In this document: positions 27,871-37,024 of the stretch, in pieces
Layout: each line of letters begins with the position of its first letter
Position numbering within the stretch: the stretch's first letter is position 1
Assembly: GCA_965112635.1 (NCBI GenBank)
Contig: OZ218778.1
Span: 2,752,001-2,816,000, forward strand
Direction: 5' to 3'
From: an uncultured bacterium
GTDB lineage: Bacteria > Oederibacteriota > Oederibacteriia > Oederibacteriales > Oederibacteriaceae
Length of the DNA stretch: 64,000 bases
Made by a program: the position numbers and the translations under genes
The notes under the pieces: generated by a model
Databases searched by the model: none
What the model was told of the DNA's origin: nothing
The model's input: only the letters and a program-made list of their open reading frames with translations

Positions 27871-30021
27871 CTAACCTCCTACTCTGTTATACATGACCAA
27901 CTGACTGGTCATGGGGCTTTCCAGGCGGATAGCTAGGCCGGTCATGGCTAGTTCCTTGCCGCTGGTCCTGAACTTCTCCTGCTGGTTGTCCATGGCCACC
28001 TCGTAGGTGGCTCCCAGCTCAACGCCCCGCAGCCTCAAAAGGTACTCGTCCGCACCGCTCCCCACCTTGAACACTCCGGCGTACCCGGCCTTTTTATCCG
28101 GCATGGTGTATTCCAGCACGCACCACTCCGCCGGGCTGTACAGGCCGATGTCAGGGGTATGGTGATAAACAACCGGCTTGGCGGCCATGATGGGCCAGCA
28201 GAATTTTTTACCCATCTGGATATACCGCCTGGTTTTCTCGAAATAAGCCGTGCTCCGGTCAGCGTCCTGCCCTCCGAAACCAACAAAAACAGGCTTGGCA
28301 AAAAGCGTGACCCGCAAATGGGTGTCCAGGTCCGTCTTTTGGTGCGCCACCGGCATGTGGTTATGGTAGTAGCACAGGGCTTCGGGCGGCAAAAACCGCG
28401 TCAGGCCGTTGATGGCCCGGATGCTGCGCGGGAACATGGAAAAGTCCGACTCGCAGGCATAGTGGAACCGCGACATCATACCCAGGTCGTCGCGTCCGCC
28501 CCCGCTGGCGCAGCATTCCAGCGCCACCTGGGGCATTTCCCGGCGCACCTGGTCAAAGACGCTGTAGAGCGTCTCGTAATGCCTCCACCCTTCGCTCTCG
28601 CGGAACCCCAGGCGCTGCCTCTGCCCGCCCTCCTCGACACGCTCGTTGTAGTCGATCTTGAAAAAGTCCAGTTGGTGCTCTTTGATGACCCGGACCACCT
28701 CTTGCCTGAAGAACGCCGCGGCCTGGGGATGGCTCAGGTCCAGCACCTTCCTAATCTCCCGGTTATCGTCCGTGCGGAGCATCCATTCCGGATGTTCCCG
28801 GTTGAGCTTGCTCTTGACTCCGACCGTTTCCGGCTCCATCCACAGCCCAAAAAGAAGGCCCTTTTTGTGGCACAGGTCCCGGCAGGTTTTGAGGCCGCCA
28901 GGCAGCCAGCTCCCCACCTGCCAGTCGCCCCTATTCTCCGGCCAGCCTGCAAAATCATCCCCATACCAGCCCGCGTCCACCATGAAAGACTGCACGCCCA
29001 TTTCAGCCGCTATCTCTATCTCCCGGTGTATCCAGGTCCCGGGCTGTTCCACCACCCGGCCCGCCACGCTGAAGACCTCTTTGCCCCGCGGAGCCTGCGG
29101 GATGACCGAGGCCCGCAAATGTCCGTGCCAGGCTCCCACCATCTCATCCTCCCCGCCATGCAGGAGGCCCAGATGCGTTTCCGGCGTCTGGATGGTCTCG
29201 CCCGGCTCGATCACCCTCTGCGGCCCCGGAGCATGCGGCCCCATGCGGAAGGCCAGGTTCAGTCCCCTGGCCGGCTGGTTGGCCAGGTCGCGAAAGGGGT
29301 CGTTCCAAAATTCGGCGTACCAGTTGCCTGACCAGGCCAAAGACATCATGGCCGTCTCGCCGTTGGCCTGGTTGCGTACTACAAAAAACGGGTTGCCAAA
29401 TCCGCTCTGGCCAAAAGTGCTCTCCACCCGGCGCCAGCCTACAGGCAATTTTTCCCATTGAAAATTGCCTTCCGAGCCCTGGCACAGACCATTGAACCAC
29501 CCTAAAGAAAAGTTCCCTTCTTGAGCGGGAGCCATTTCACCCCAGTGTTCGCCCTGGTTCCAGGTCCACAACAGGCCTGACCAGGGGCTGACCCGGGAAA
29601 GGGCCGCGGGCCGGCCTCCCGTATTGGTGATGGCCAGGTAACGGCATAAAAAGGGCGTGCCATCCAGCCTAGTGATGACCTTGACCGTCAGCGGCCGCAG
29701 GGTATGGCGCAGTTCCACCACGGCTTCTATAGTATTAGGGCGTGCTCCCTCGCGCTGGCTTGTGGACACCATTTCCCAGCCGTTACGCAGGTCCTGGCCG
29801 TCTATTTCCAGGTCAAAAGCATGATAGGGCAGGACAATGGTATCTTCTTTGGGCAGGCTGGCCGCGAGGTTCTCCCTTTGCACCTGTCCGCTGGCCGACC
29901 AGTAAAGCCCTATCCAGCGGCCGTGGTGGAGCGCTTCCTCGTAAACAAGGGTGCCGGAAACATAACGGCTGGCTTTCCGCGCTCCCTGGTCATAAAAACA
30001 AACTTCCATTCCTTTGCTCAT
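27871..30021 (-). CDS. GH36 alpha-galactosidase-like
   Basis: FMVDAGWY, GDW, FGLWMEPE, FFKIDYN, ECCASGGGRDD. Confidence 0.88.
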   Translation of the reverse strand: MSKGMEVCFYDQGARKASRYVSGTLVYEEALHHGRWIGLYWSASGQVQRENLAASLPKEDTIVLPYHAFDLEIDGQDLRNGWEMVSTSQREGARPNTIEAVVELRHTLRPLTVKVITRLDGTPFLCRYLAITNTGGRPAALSRVSPWSGLLWTWNQGEHWGEMAPAQEGNFSLGWFNGLCQGSEGNFQWEKLPVGWRRVESTFGQSGFGNPFFVVRNQANGETAMMSLAWSGNWYAEFWNDPFRDLANQPARGLNLAFRMGPHAPGPQRVIEPGETIQTPETHLGLLHGGEDEMVGAWHGHLRASVIPQAPRGKEVFSVAGRVVEQPGTWIHREIEIAAEMGVQSFMVDAGWYGDDFAGWPENRGDWQVGSWLPGGLKTCRDLCHKKGLLFGLWMEPETVGVKSKLNREHPEWMLRTDDNREIRKVLDLSHPQAAAFFRQEVVRVIKEHQLDFFKIDYNERVEEGGQRQRLGFRESEGWRHYETLYSVFDQVRREMPQVALECCASGGGRDDLGMMSRFHYACESDFSMFPRSIRAINGLTRFLPPEALCYYHNHMPVAHQKTDLDTHLRVTLFAKPVFVGFGGQDADRSTAYFEKTRRYIQMGKKFCWPIMAAKPVVYHHTPDIGLYSPAEWCVLEYTMPDKKAGYAGVFKVGSGADEYLLRLRGVELGATYEVAMDNQQEKFRTSGKELAMTGLAIRLESPMTSQLVMYNRVGG

Positions 30022-30066
30022 CCCATCCTCCTTGGCCGATAAAGCCTCTGCCCTTCCTTAGTAAGG

Positions 30067-30094
30067 AAAAAAAGGGCGGTTTTTAGGCCGCCCC
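30067..30094 (-). terminator. intrinsic terminator downstream of the PorV-like gene
   Basis: Minus strand GGGCGG-CCTAAAAA-CCGCCC followed by TTTTTTT. Confidence 0.85.
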
Positions 30095-30132
30095 TTTTCT
30101 CTTTTCTTGTTTGTTTTTAACCTTGTCTGTCC

Positions 30133-31029
30133 TTACTGCCCCAATTGGTACACCAGGCTGATCTGTTGTGAAGACCCCAGGTCTCCATAGGGTAAAAATG
30201 CGTAGTCCAGCACCCACTTTTGCATCGTGAGCCCGAGCCCAAAACTAAGCCCATTGAGCCCTCCCTGCTGCTGGTCCGTAAAATTGGCCACATAACCGAT
30301 CCTTCCGGCTATCAGGGAATTATAACTGTCCTCCACGCCGAACTCCGCTTTGCCGTCCCCGCTGGACTCAAAATCCAGGGCCCCGGCGAACAGCATATTG
30401 TTTTTATCCCCGGCCGTAGTGTTATAGGAACCTCCGACCTGGGCTCCCGACGCCCGGTTGCTGCCGCCCACCTGGGTGCCGAGGTTGGTATAGGCCAGGC
30501 CCAGCCTCACGCCTTGGGCCGCCTTCCAGATGACCCCGAGGTCCGCTCCCAGGGAGTTGTAGTTCTGATCGGACAGGGTCTGCATAGTATCCTTGAGGGT
30601 CAGTCCCGCGTTCCATCCTTTGGCGACCTCCAGCCCCCAGCCCGCACCTATTTCTATATCTGAGGCGTTAAAACTGCCTGTTAACAATCCCGTGCTGTCC
30701 CGCTGGTCAAAGGAACCGAAGTTGACATAACCCAGGTAAGCTGCCATGCCTCCCATATTTTTGACCGGCATGCCGAAAACCACGGTATCTTTCATGGTGC
30801 TGGCTATCCACGAATTATGATGCACCGCCGCCTCCATGCCCGTAAGGCCGGCCAGGCCCGCCGGGTTCCACAAGATGGCGGAGGAATCATCAGCCACGCT
30901 CACGAACGCCGAACCCAGAGCCCCGGCTCTGGCACCGCCGCCGCTATTTTCCATGCCCAGGGCCGAGCCTGCCGCAGAAAGAGGGTTCTCGGTAGCGGCA
31001 TGCGAAAAACTCACTGCCATCAAGATCAC
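30133..31029 (-). CDS. PorV/PorQ-like (FadL-superfamily) outer-membrane beta-barrel; probable frameshift in signal peptide
   Basis: GARAGALGSAFVSVADDSSAILWNPAGL hallmark, amphipathic strands, LDYAFLPYGDLG...QISL. The SD-preceded ATG at 31058 is out of frame by one A. Confidence 0.85.
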   Translation of the reverse strand: MILMAVSFSHAATENPLSAAGSALGMENSGGGARAGALGSAFVSVADDSSAILWNPAGLAGLTGMEAAVHHNSWIASTMKDTVVFGMPVKNMGGMAAYLGYVNFGSFDQRDSTGLLTGSFNASDIEIGAGWGLEVAKGWNAGLTLKDTMQTLSDQNYNSLGADLGVIWKAAQGVRLGLAYTNLGTQVGGSNRASGAQVGGSYNTTAGDKNNMLFAGALDFESSGDGKAEFGVEDSYNSLIAGRIGYVANFTDQQQGGLNGLSFGLGLTMQKWVLDYAFLPYGDLGSSQQISLVYQLGQ

Positions 31030-31070
31030 TGCGGCCGCGAGGATTATTGTTTTTTCATTTTTTCCTCCTC

Positions 31071-33623
31071 CTACTTGATCACTACGAATTTTTTGGTGGA
31101 TTGGGTCTCCGAACTGCCGTCGCTGTAGCTGATCCGGACGATGTAGAAATACACGCCCGGCGCAAAGCTTTTGATGGAGAACTGCACGCTGTTGGTGCCG
31201 GCCGCGCCGGTCCCGTTCAGGGTGTCCACCAGCCTGCCGCCTTCGTTATACACCAGAACCTTGATCGTGCCCGGCCCTTTCAGGGCCACGGCCACGCCGG
31301 CCGTATCGCCCCTGGCGGGCTGGGGATAGACATAGGAGCTCCCGCTGGGCGCGGTTACGACGGGGTTGGGCGTGGGCTGGACGATAAGAAAGCCCAGCAC
31401 ACGGTTGTTATTTTCATCAGCCACATAAACATTGTTCCCTGCCGCGCAAACACCATATGGAAAATACAGGTTGTTAGGGCCGGTATCTACATTGTCGTTG
31501 GGCTTTCTCGTGGTGAAATCAGGATGGCCCAAGACCAGGTCTGCCGAGGCCCCGCTGCTCGTGGGGATGGTGTTGAAGACAAGCACGCGGGAATTGCCGT
31601 TGTCAGAGACGAAAAGCTGTCCGTTGCTTGCCCAAACTCTGACAGGGCAGTTCATGGTGCTGGCGCTGTATCCCGTACTGCCTGAGTTCAAATTGGCCTG
31701 GCCGATCACCATATCGGCCGGCCTGGCGTAGCTCCCGTTGCCCGGGAAAGAATTGAATACCAGCACCCGATTATTATAGAAATCCGCCACAAAGATCCTG
31801 GTCCCGTCGCTCCAGACCCCGTGCGGATTGTTCATGGTCGTTGCGCTGCATCCGGTTCCAAAGTTGGTGCCGTTCGTTTGTCCTAGGATAGCGTCCGCGG
31901 CAGCTCCGTCGCTCGCGGGAAAACTGTTGTAGACCAGGACCCGGTTATTGTAGTCGTCGGCGATCAAGACACGCGTGCCGTCGCTCCACACTTCCGCCGG
32001 GCCATTCAGGGATGACTGCGACGTCGCTCCGCCTGCGTTCGCGCTGTGATTCGCCATGTTGACCTGCCCGATGACCCTGTTGGCCGAGGCTCCGGCGGCC
32101 GGAAGGCCCGCGACGTTATTATAGACCAGCACGCGGTGATTCAGCGTATCGGCCACGAACAGGTTCCCACCCCCGATACAGGCTGACCAGGGATAGTACA
32201 GGCCCGTGGCACCCCCGGCACTGGGGGTATTGCTGACCATATTGGCCTGCCCCACCACGATGACGGGGGTGCAGTTGGTTGTGGGCAGGGTATTGTAGAT
32301 GAGCACCCGGCTGTTTTCGATATCTGTCACCACCAGCCTGGTCCCGTCCGTGGAGATTCCGCTTGGAGAGGCCAGGGTCGAGACAGTGCAGGCCGTGGCT
32401 CCCAGGTTGACATTGCCAGAAACGAAATCCGATTGGCCCACGACCACGCTGGCTGAAGCGCCGCTGGAGGTGGGAATGCTGTTGTAGATCAAAACCCGGC
32501 AATTGGAATTATCGGCGATGAAAAGTTTGGAGCTTTTGGCGAAACAACCGCTGGGCGCGGCCAGACTGGTCTGGCTCGTCCCGGGGTTGGAAGCGCTGAC
32601 CAGGTCTCCCTGCCCCACGGCCACATTGGCCGAAGCGCCCGGGGTCGTCGGCACCGTGTTATAGATCAATACCCGGTTGTTTTTGTAGTCAGCGATATAT
32701 AGCTTGGTCCCGTCGCTCCAGGTTGACCAGGGATCGTATAAGGTTCCGGCAGCTACACTGCCTCCCTGGTTGGGGCTGTTCCCCGTATAGTTGGCCTGCC
32801 CGACGACATTGTCCGCGGCCACATGGTCCGCGCCCGTGGGGAGGGCGTTGTAGATCAAGACCCGGCTGTTGTTCTGGTCCGCCACAAAAAGCTTGGTGCC
32901 GTCGCTGCTCACCCCGTTCGGACCGTAGAGAGAGTACTGCGAACATGCCCCGCCCTCGTTGGCGCTGCTCGCGGTCATATTGGCCTGGCCGATGACATGG
33001 TCGGCGGTACCGTTGCTGACCGGCAGAAGGGCAATATTGTTGTACACCAAAACACGGTTATTTCCGTAATCCGCCACCACCATTCTGGTCCCGTCGCCCC
33101 AGACGGCATAGGGCGAGCTCATGGTCGCACTGGTCGCTGAAGAGCCCCAGTGTCCCACCACGGTGTCCGCGGCCTGGTTGTTGGCCGTCGGCACGGTGTT
33201 GTAGATCAGGACCCGATTATTGCCGGTGTCGGCGATATAAAGCCGCGTCCCATCGCAGTAAACCCCCTGGGGGTCGCTGAGATAGTTGTTTAGGGTAACG
33301 AAATCGTTCTGGTTGGTTTCCACATCACTCAAACAGGTCTGGCCGATGACCACATCGGGTCTGGCCAGATTGGAGGTCGGGATGGTGTTGTAGATCAAAA
33401 TGCGGTCATTGTTCGCATCCGCGACAAAAAGCCGTGTGCCGTCACTACAAACAGAACCAGGGTAATTGATTCCCAGGCTTCTTCCCACAGTGCCGTTGGC
33501 CCCGTTGTTCGTGTAATTGGTCTGCCCCAGCACGCACTGCGCGCTTTGGAAATTGGTCAGCGCCCAGACCAGCACCCCCGTGACCAGCATCAAACTTATT
33601 GCTAATAATAAAGCCCTTTTCAT
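31071..33623 (-). CDS. secreted NHL-repeat beta-propeller protein with T9SS-like C-terminal domain
   Basis: Signal peptide MKRALLL; 12 repeats with SDGT.L.VAD..N.RVLIYN; PTP linker; CTD YVYPQP...VYNEGGRLV...APGVYFY...KKFVVIK. Confidence 0.88.
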   Translation of the reverse strand: MKRALLLAISLMLVTGVLVWALTNFQSAQCVLGQTNYTNNGANGTVGRSLGINYPGSVCSDGTRLFVADANNDRILIYNTIPTSNLARPDVVIGQTCLSDVETNQNDFVTLNNYLSDPQGVYCDGTRLYIADTGNNRVLIYNTVPTANNQAADTVVGHWGSSATSATMSSPYAVWGDGTRMVVADYGNNRVLVYNNIALLPVSNGTADHVIGQANMTASSANEGGACSQYSLYGPNGVSSDGTKLFVADQNNSRVLIYNALPTGADHVAADNVVGQANYTGNSPNQGGSVAAGTLYDPWSTWSDGTKLYIADYKNNRVLIYNTVPTTPGASANVAVGQGDLVSASNPGTSQTSLAAPSGCFAKSSKLFIADNSNCRVLIYNSIPTSSGASASVVVGQSDFVSGNVNLGATACTVSTLASPSGISTDGTRLVVTDIENSRVLIYNTLPTTNCTPVIVVGQANMVSNTPSAGGATGLYYPWSACIGGGNLFVADTLNHRVLVYNNVAGLPAAGASANRVIGQVNMANHSANAGGATSQSSLNGPAEVWSDGTRVLIADDYNNRVLVYNSFPASDGAAADAILGQTNGTNFGTGCSATTMNNPHGVWSDGTRIFVADFYNNRVLVFNSFPGNGSYARPADMVIGQANLNSGSTGYSASTMNCPVRVWASNGQLFVSDNGNSRVLVFNTIPTSSGASADLVLGHPDFTTRKPNDNVDTGPNNLYFPYGVCAAGNNVYVADENNNRVLGFLIVQPTPNPVVTAPSGSSYVYPQPARGDTAGVAVALKGPGTIKVLVYNEGGRLVDTLNGTGAAGTNSVQFSIKSFAPGVYFYIVRISYSDGSSETQSTKKFVVIK

Positions 33624-33767
33624 TGCCTGTCTCCTCTCAAAATGCATTAATTTTATGAGCTTAATTTAGCTGGTAAAAGAAAGAAGTCAAGTTAGAAAAA
33701 TATCCTGGTGGAAAATAATCGTTGTCAAAAATTCTTTCGGCCCAGGCCTCCGTTTTTTCCCCATTCC

Positions 33768-33778
33768 TGCTGTATAAT
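33768..33778 (+). promoter_or_regulatory. putative -10 box in divergent intergenic region
   Basis: Perfect TATAAT at 33773-78, 45 nt before ATG 33823. Confidence 0.35.
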
Positions 33779-33822
33779 CTAAAGAAAGACATCGCTAAGG
33801 TTAGGAAAGGCAGAAAAATCAC

Positions 33823-36402
33823 ATGGAACTGCAAAAAAATTCCGTCTCTGTCAGGGAAAAGGTCAAACTCCTGGTCTATTTTGACGTGGTTTTGGACCGT
33901 CCCATCATCGTGGACCTGGTCTTCGAGGGCGAGACCCCGGACATAGACAAACTGGCCCAGATCATCAACCTCGAGGACCTGGTCGAATCGGTCCGACAAG
34001 CCCATAAAAAGCTGCCCTTTGAGGAGATCTTTTCCCCCGAGCAATCCGGTAAAGAGGCAACAGTCTCCCCAGTCGGCCCCCAGACAACGTTTAAGATACC
34101 CGCCGAACTGATGGACAAAAGGTTCGTGTTCCCGGCCTCCATCAAGAAGATCTTGGCCAAAGCGCCTCCCGCCGAGGTCAGGACCCTGCTTTACGGCCAC
34201 GGCGAAGGAGAACTCTTTCACAGGTACGGCCTCCTGGGCCGGGCCGCCCAACAGGAGCTCATGGCCTCCTCGGAACTCCCTTTTTACTGCGCCACCCTGG
34301 CCGTGCTGGCGAACTGGGCCAGCGATGAACTGCACAACCAGCTTCTGGAACCCGGCAAGGTCAAGGAAAGCTACGACAGCCTGCGGGTCAAACTGCACAG
34401 CCACACCATCCACCTGCCCGAAGCCGTGATGAACGGCATGATGGCCAAGCGCATCCTGGACAGCCCCCTGTCGCTCTATGCCCTGCGGCGCAAACCCGCG
34501 CCCGGCCCCGTGGACGAAGTGGAACAGCTTTACCTGGCCTACCCCAACGCTTACTTCCTGACCCCGGCCCTGGTGCAGTGCCTGGACAGGCTTTTCGAGG
34601 CCGAGCCCAACACCTTGGGCCACAATGAAAAGACCTACGAAACCCTGGTCGAAAGATTGGAAGACACAGCCGAGCACATCCGCCAGGCCGGCCAGTTCTG
34701 GAAAAAGCAAAAGTCCCGCAACGGGTTGAACTGGTTCCTCGCCATCGTCTGTTTTTTAGTGGTCAGCGGCGCGCTCTTCCTGCCCTGGCTCCTCAATCCC
34801 TTTAACCAGGAACTCATCCAGGACAAACTTTCCCGGCCCGAATGGATCAGCCGTCTGGTCCAGGCCCTGACCGCCGGGGCGGCCGCGGGGGCCGTCTGGT
34901 TTCTGGGAGGCAGGGCCGTTAACATTTGGAAGCGGGCAAGGTCCTCAGCCTGGCAAAAATTCCGCGAGTTCAAGAAGATGCTCTCCACCATCCCCCTGTT
35001 CCGGAGGCACGCGGCCAAGGCCGCGGTCTATGCCAAGCTCACCAAGGCGTTCGCGGCCAGCCTGCCGGAGTTCGCGGTCACCAAGCTCAACGACCTGTCC
35101 GGCCTGCTGCCCTACTGGAAAAAAGCGCCCCACGAGATGCGGCGCCTGGCCCGCCAGGCCAGGAAGGCCAAGCGTCTTTCCCAGGCCGGCCTTCTCAGGG
35201 AACTGCCCGCCATCCTGGAGAACTACGCCCGGCTCAAAATGGACGAGCTGGACTACAAAAAACTCAGCAGCCTGCAGCTGCCTCCCCTGGATTTTTCCGG
35301 CCAGTATTCGGATGACCAGCTCATGGAAAAATGGTCCCAAAACTCCTGCGTCTGCTACGACGACCCCTTCCCCAACCTCATCTCCGGCCAGGTCAAGCAG
35401 GGCGGGGTCTATTTCATCGATGTCATCGGCTCCACGGAAATGTCCACCCGCCAGAACCTGAGCAACGCCCTGGAGGTCTACGGCCGTCTGCTCTACCAGG
35501 TCAACGAGTCCGGCAGCACCCCCCTCTGGCGCAAGGAAGTGGGGGACGGCCGCATCTACTGTTTCCCGCCCCAGGAGGCCCTGGCCCGGGCCGTGCTCAC
35601 GGCCCAGGGAGCGGCCCACCCCAAGATCGGCCTGTCCATCGGCGTCGGGCTTTCCGTGGGCGAGCTCTACACCGATGTCCGCACCGGCGACTACCAGAAC
35701 GAGGTCACCAACCGGGCCTCGCGCCTTAACACCCGGGATGAGACCGTGGGCGCCTATGTCCGGACGCGTTACGCGGACCAACCTTTCAAGGTGCACGTCA
35801 AATACGGCCGCCTGTATAACAGCGGCATCGCCCTGGATGAAAAGGCCCTGCACAGCCTGGGGCTGACCGATTGCCCGGCCCTGGCGCCCGACCCCTGTTT
35901 TGAATGGCGCTTTCCCCTGGTGGACAGGTTCGGCCTGTCCGGGTCCGCGGGCACCATGGCCTATATCGTGGAGCGCCTCGAGCCGGACAAGCTCCAGTCG
36001 CGGGTCAGGGCCATGGCCAAGATGATGAAACCCGAGCATGACTTCCACAGGATGCACAGGGATTTTGACGGGGTCAATGAGCTGGCCTTCGAGGTCTTTT
36101 GCTCCAAATCCGACCCCACCCTTTATTACGGCACCCATTTAGAGGAAGCCGGGGTCCGGGAATACCTCCGTGCCCACGGCGTGACGGACCTGAGTTTTGC
36201 TTCCGCGGAGGTGGAACATCAGACGCCTGTGAGCGTGGCCCAGGTCAGCCTTCCCAACATGCAGAACGTCAGCGTGTTCCTCAAAGAGCGCAAGACCGTC
36301 CTCAAAGGGCTGGGAGCCACGACCATCGCCGAAGTGAATATTTCCAGGGCTTTCCTCGGGGAGGACCAGGTAGGCCTCAAAGGCTTTTTGTCCAGGCTTT
36401 GA
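33823..36402 (+). CDS. two-TM membrane protein with divergent class III adenylate/guanylate cyclase domain
   Basis: FIDVIGST (35410-), KEVGDG, IGVGLSVGE, GDYQNEVTNRASRL, C-terminal LKGLG...AEV. TMs at about 34720-34920. Confidence 0.8.
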   Translation: MELQKNSVSVREKVKLLVYFDVVLDRPIIVDLVFEGETPDIDKLAQIINLEDLVESVRQAHKKLPFEEIFSPEQSGKEATVSPVGPQTTFKIPAELMDKRFVFPASIKKILAKAPPAEVRTLLYGHGEGELFHRYGLLGRAAQQELMASSELPFYCATLAVLANWASDELHNQLLEPGKVKESYDSLRVKLHSHTIHLPEAVMNGMMAKRILDSPLSLYALRRKPAPGPVDEVEQLYLAYPNAYFLTPALVQCLDRLFEAEPNTLGHNEKTYETLVERLEDTAEHIRQAGQFWKKQKSRNGLNWFLAIVCFLVVSGALFLPWLLNPFNQELIQDKLSRPEWISRLVQALTAGAAAGAVWFLGGRAVNIWKRARSSAWQKFREFKKMLSTIPLFRRHAAKAAVYAKLTKAFAASLPEFAVTKLNDLSGLLPYWKKAPHEMRRLARQARKAKRLSQAGLLRELPAILENYARLKMDELDYKKLSSLQLPPLDFSGQYSDDQLMEKWSQNSCVCYDDPFPNLISGQVKQGGVYFIDVIGSTEMSTRQNLSNALEVYGRLLYQVNESGSTPLWRKEVGDGRIYCFPPQEALARAVLTAQGAAHPKIGLSIGVGLSVGELYTDVRTGDYQNEVTNRASRLNTRDETVGAYVRTRYADQPFKVHVKYGRLYNSGIALDEKALHSLGLTDCPALAPDPCFEWRFPLVDRFGLSGSAGTMAYIVERLEPDKLQSRVRAMAKMMKPEHDFHRMHRDFDGVNELAFEVFCSKSDPTLYYGTHLEEAGVREYLRAHGVTDLSFASAEVEHQTPVSVAQVSLPNMQNVSVFLKERKTVLKGLGATTIAEVNISRAFLGEDQVGLKGFLSRL

Positions 36403-36567
36403 CCCTTGCTACAGGCTTTCCGAAAGAAACCATTTATTATCCACCGCATTATTGCATTGAAACCAAAGGGTCCATGCCTCTAATAAAAACCTAACAATTG
36501 CAATAAGCTGCAAAATAGTCTATATTTGTCTGAAAATTACAAAAACTTTTTATGAAAGGTTTTAAAT

Positions 36568-36999
36568 ATGACAAACAGTTCCGGAAAAGCCATATTGTTT
36601 TTACTATTGTTAATGGTTGCTCTTTCTCCGGCCCTAGTTTTAGCTACTGGGATATCTTCTCCCACTTTCACTAGTACCGCCACTTCAACCTCTACCGCTA
36701 CCTTTACTCCCACCCAGACCCCCGTACCTGCTCCCAGGATGATTGTGGCGCCGGTGCCGGTCAAAGCCGGCCAGCCGGTGTGCATGTACTTTGATATCAC
36801 CCCGGTAACCGCCAAATGGACGGTCTACAACACCGTTGGAGAGGTCATCGCCACTTTGAACTTCAGCGGACCGGCCAAGCAGTGCTGGGACACCGGAGCA
36901 GCCAAGCTTGCTCCCGGCCTCTACTGGATAGAAATAAAAGTGGTCGATCCTGACACCAACGTATTCACCGAGTGGAAACGCATAGCCATACAACCCTGA
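36568..36999 (+). CDS. secreted protein consisting only of Thr/Pro linker plus T9SS-like CTD
   Basis: Signal peptide, SPTFTSTATSTSTATFTPTQTP, then a 90-aa CTD (APVP...VYNTVGEV...APGLYWI...KRIAIQP). Confidence 0.8.
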   Translation: MTNSSGKAILFLLLLMVALSPALVLATGISSPTFTSTATSTSTATFTPTQTPVPAPRMIVAPVPVKAGQPVCMYFDITPVTAKWTVYNTVGEVIATLNFSGPAKQCWDTGAAKLAPGLYWIEIKVVDPDTNVFTEWKRIAIQP

Positions 37000-37005
37000 C
37001 CAAAA
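36727..37005 (+). repeat. duplicated CTD-coding segment, copy 1 (copy 2 at 38438-38716)
   Basis: 74 of 90 aa identical by manual count. The last 36 nt, including stop and CCAAAA, are identical (36970-37005 = 38681-38716). Confidence 0.92.
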
Positions 37006-37024
37006 CTAAGGAGAAAGAAGTCTT

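Noticed and set aside
33823-36402. Cyclase as a Pycsar/CBASS anti-phage system
   Set aside because: No adjacent cNMP-binding TIR or TM effector, residues suggest ATP specificity, and the composition is host-like.
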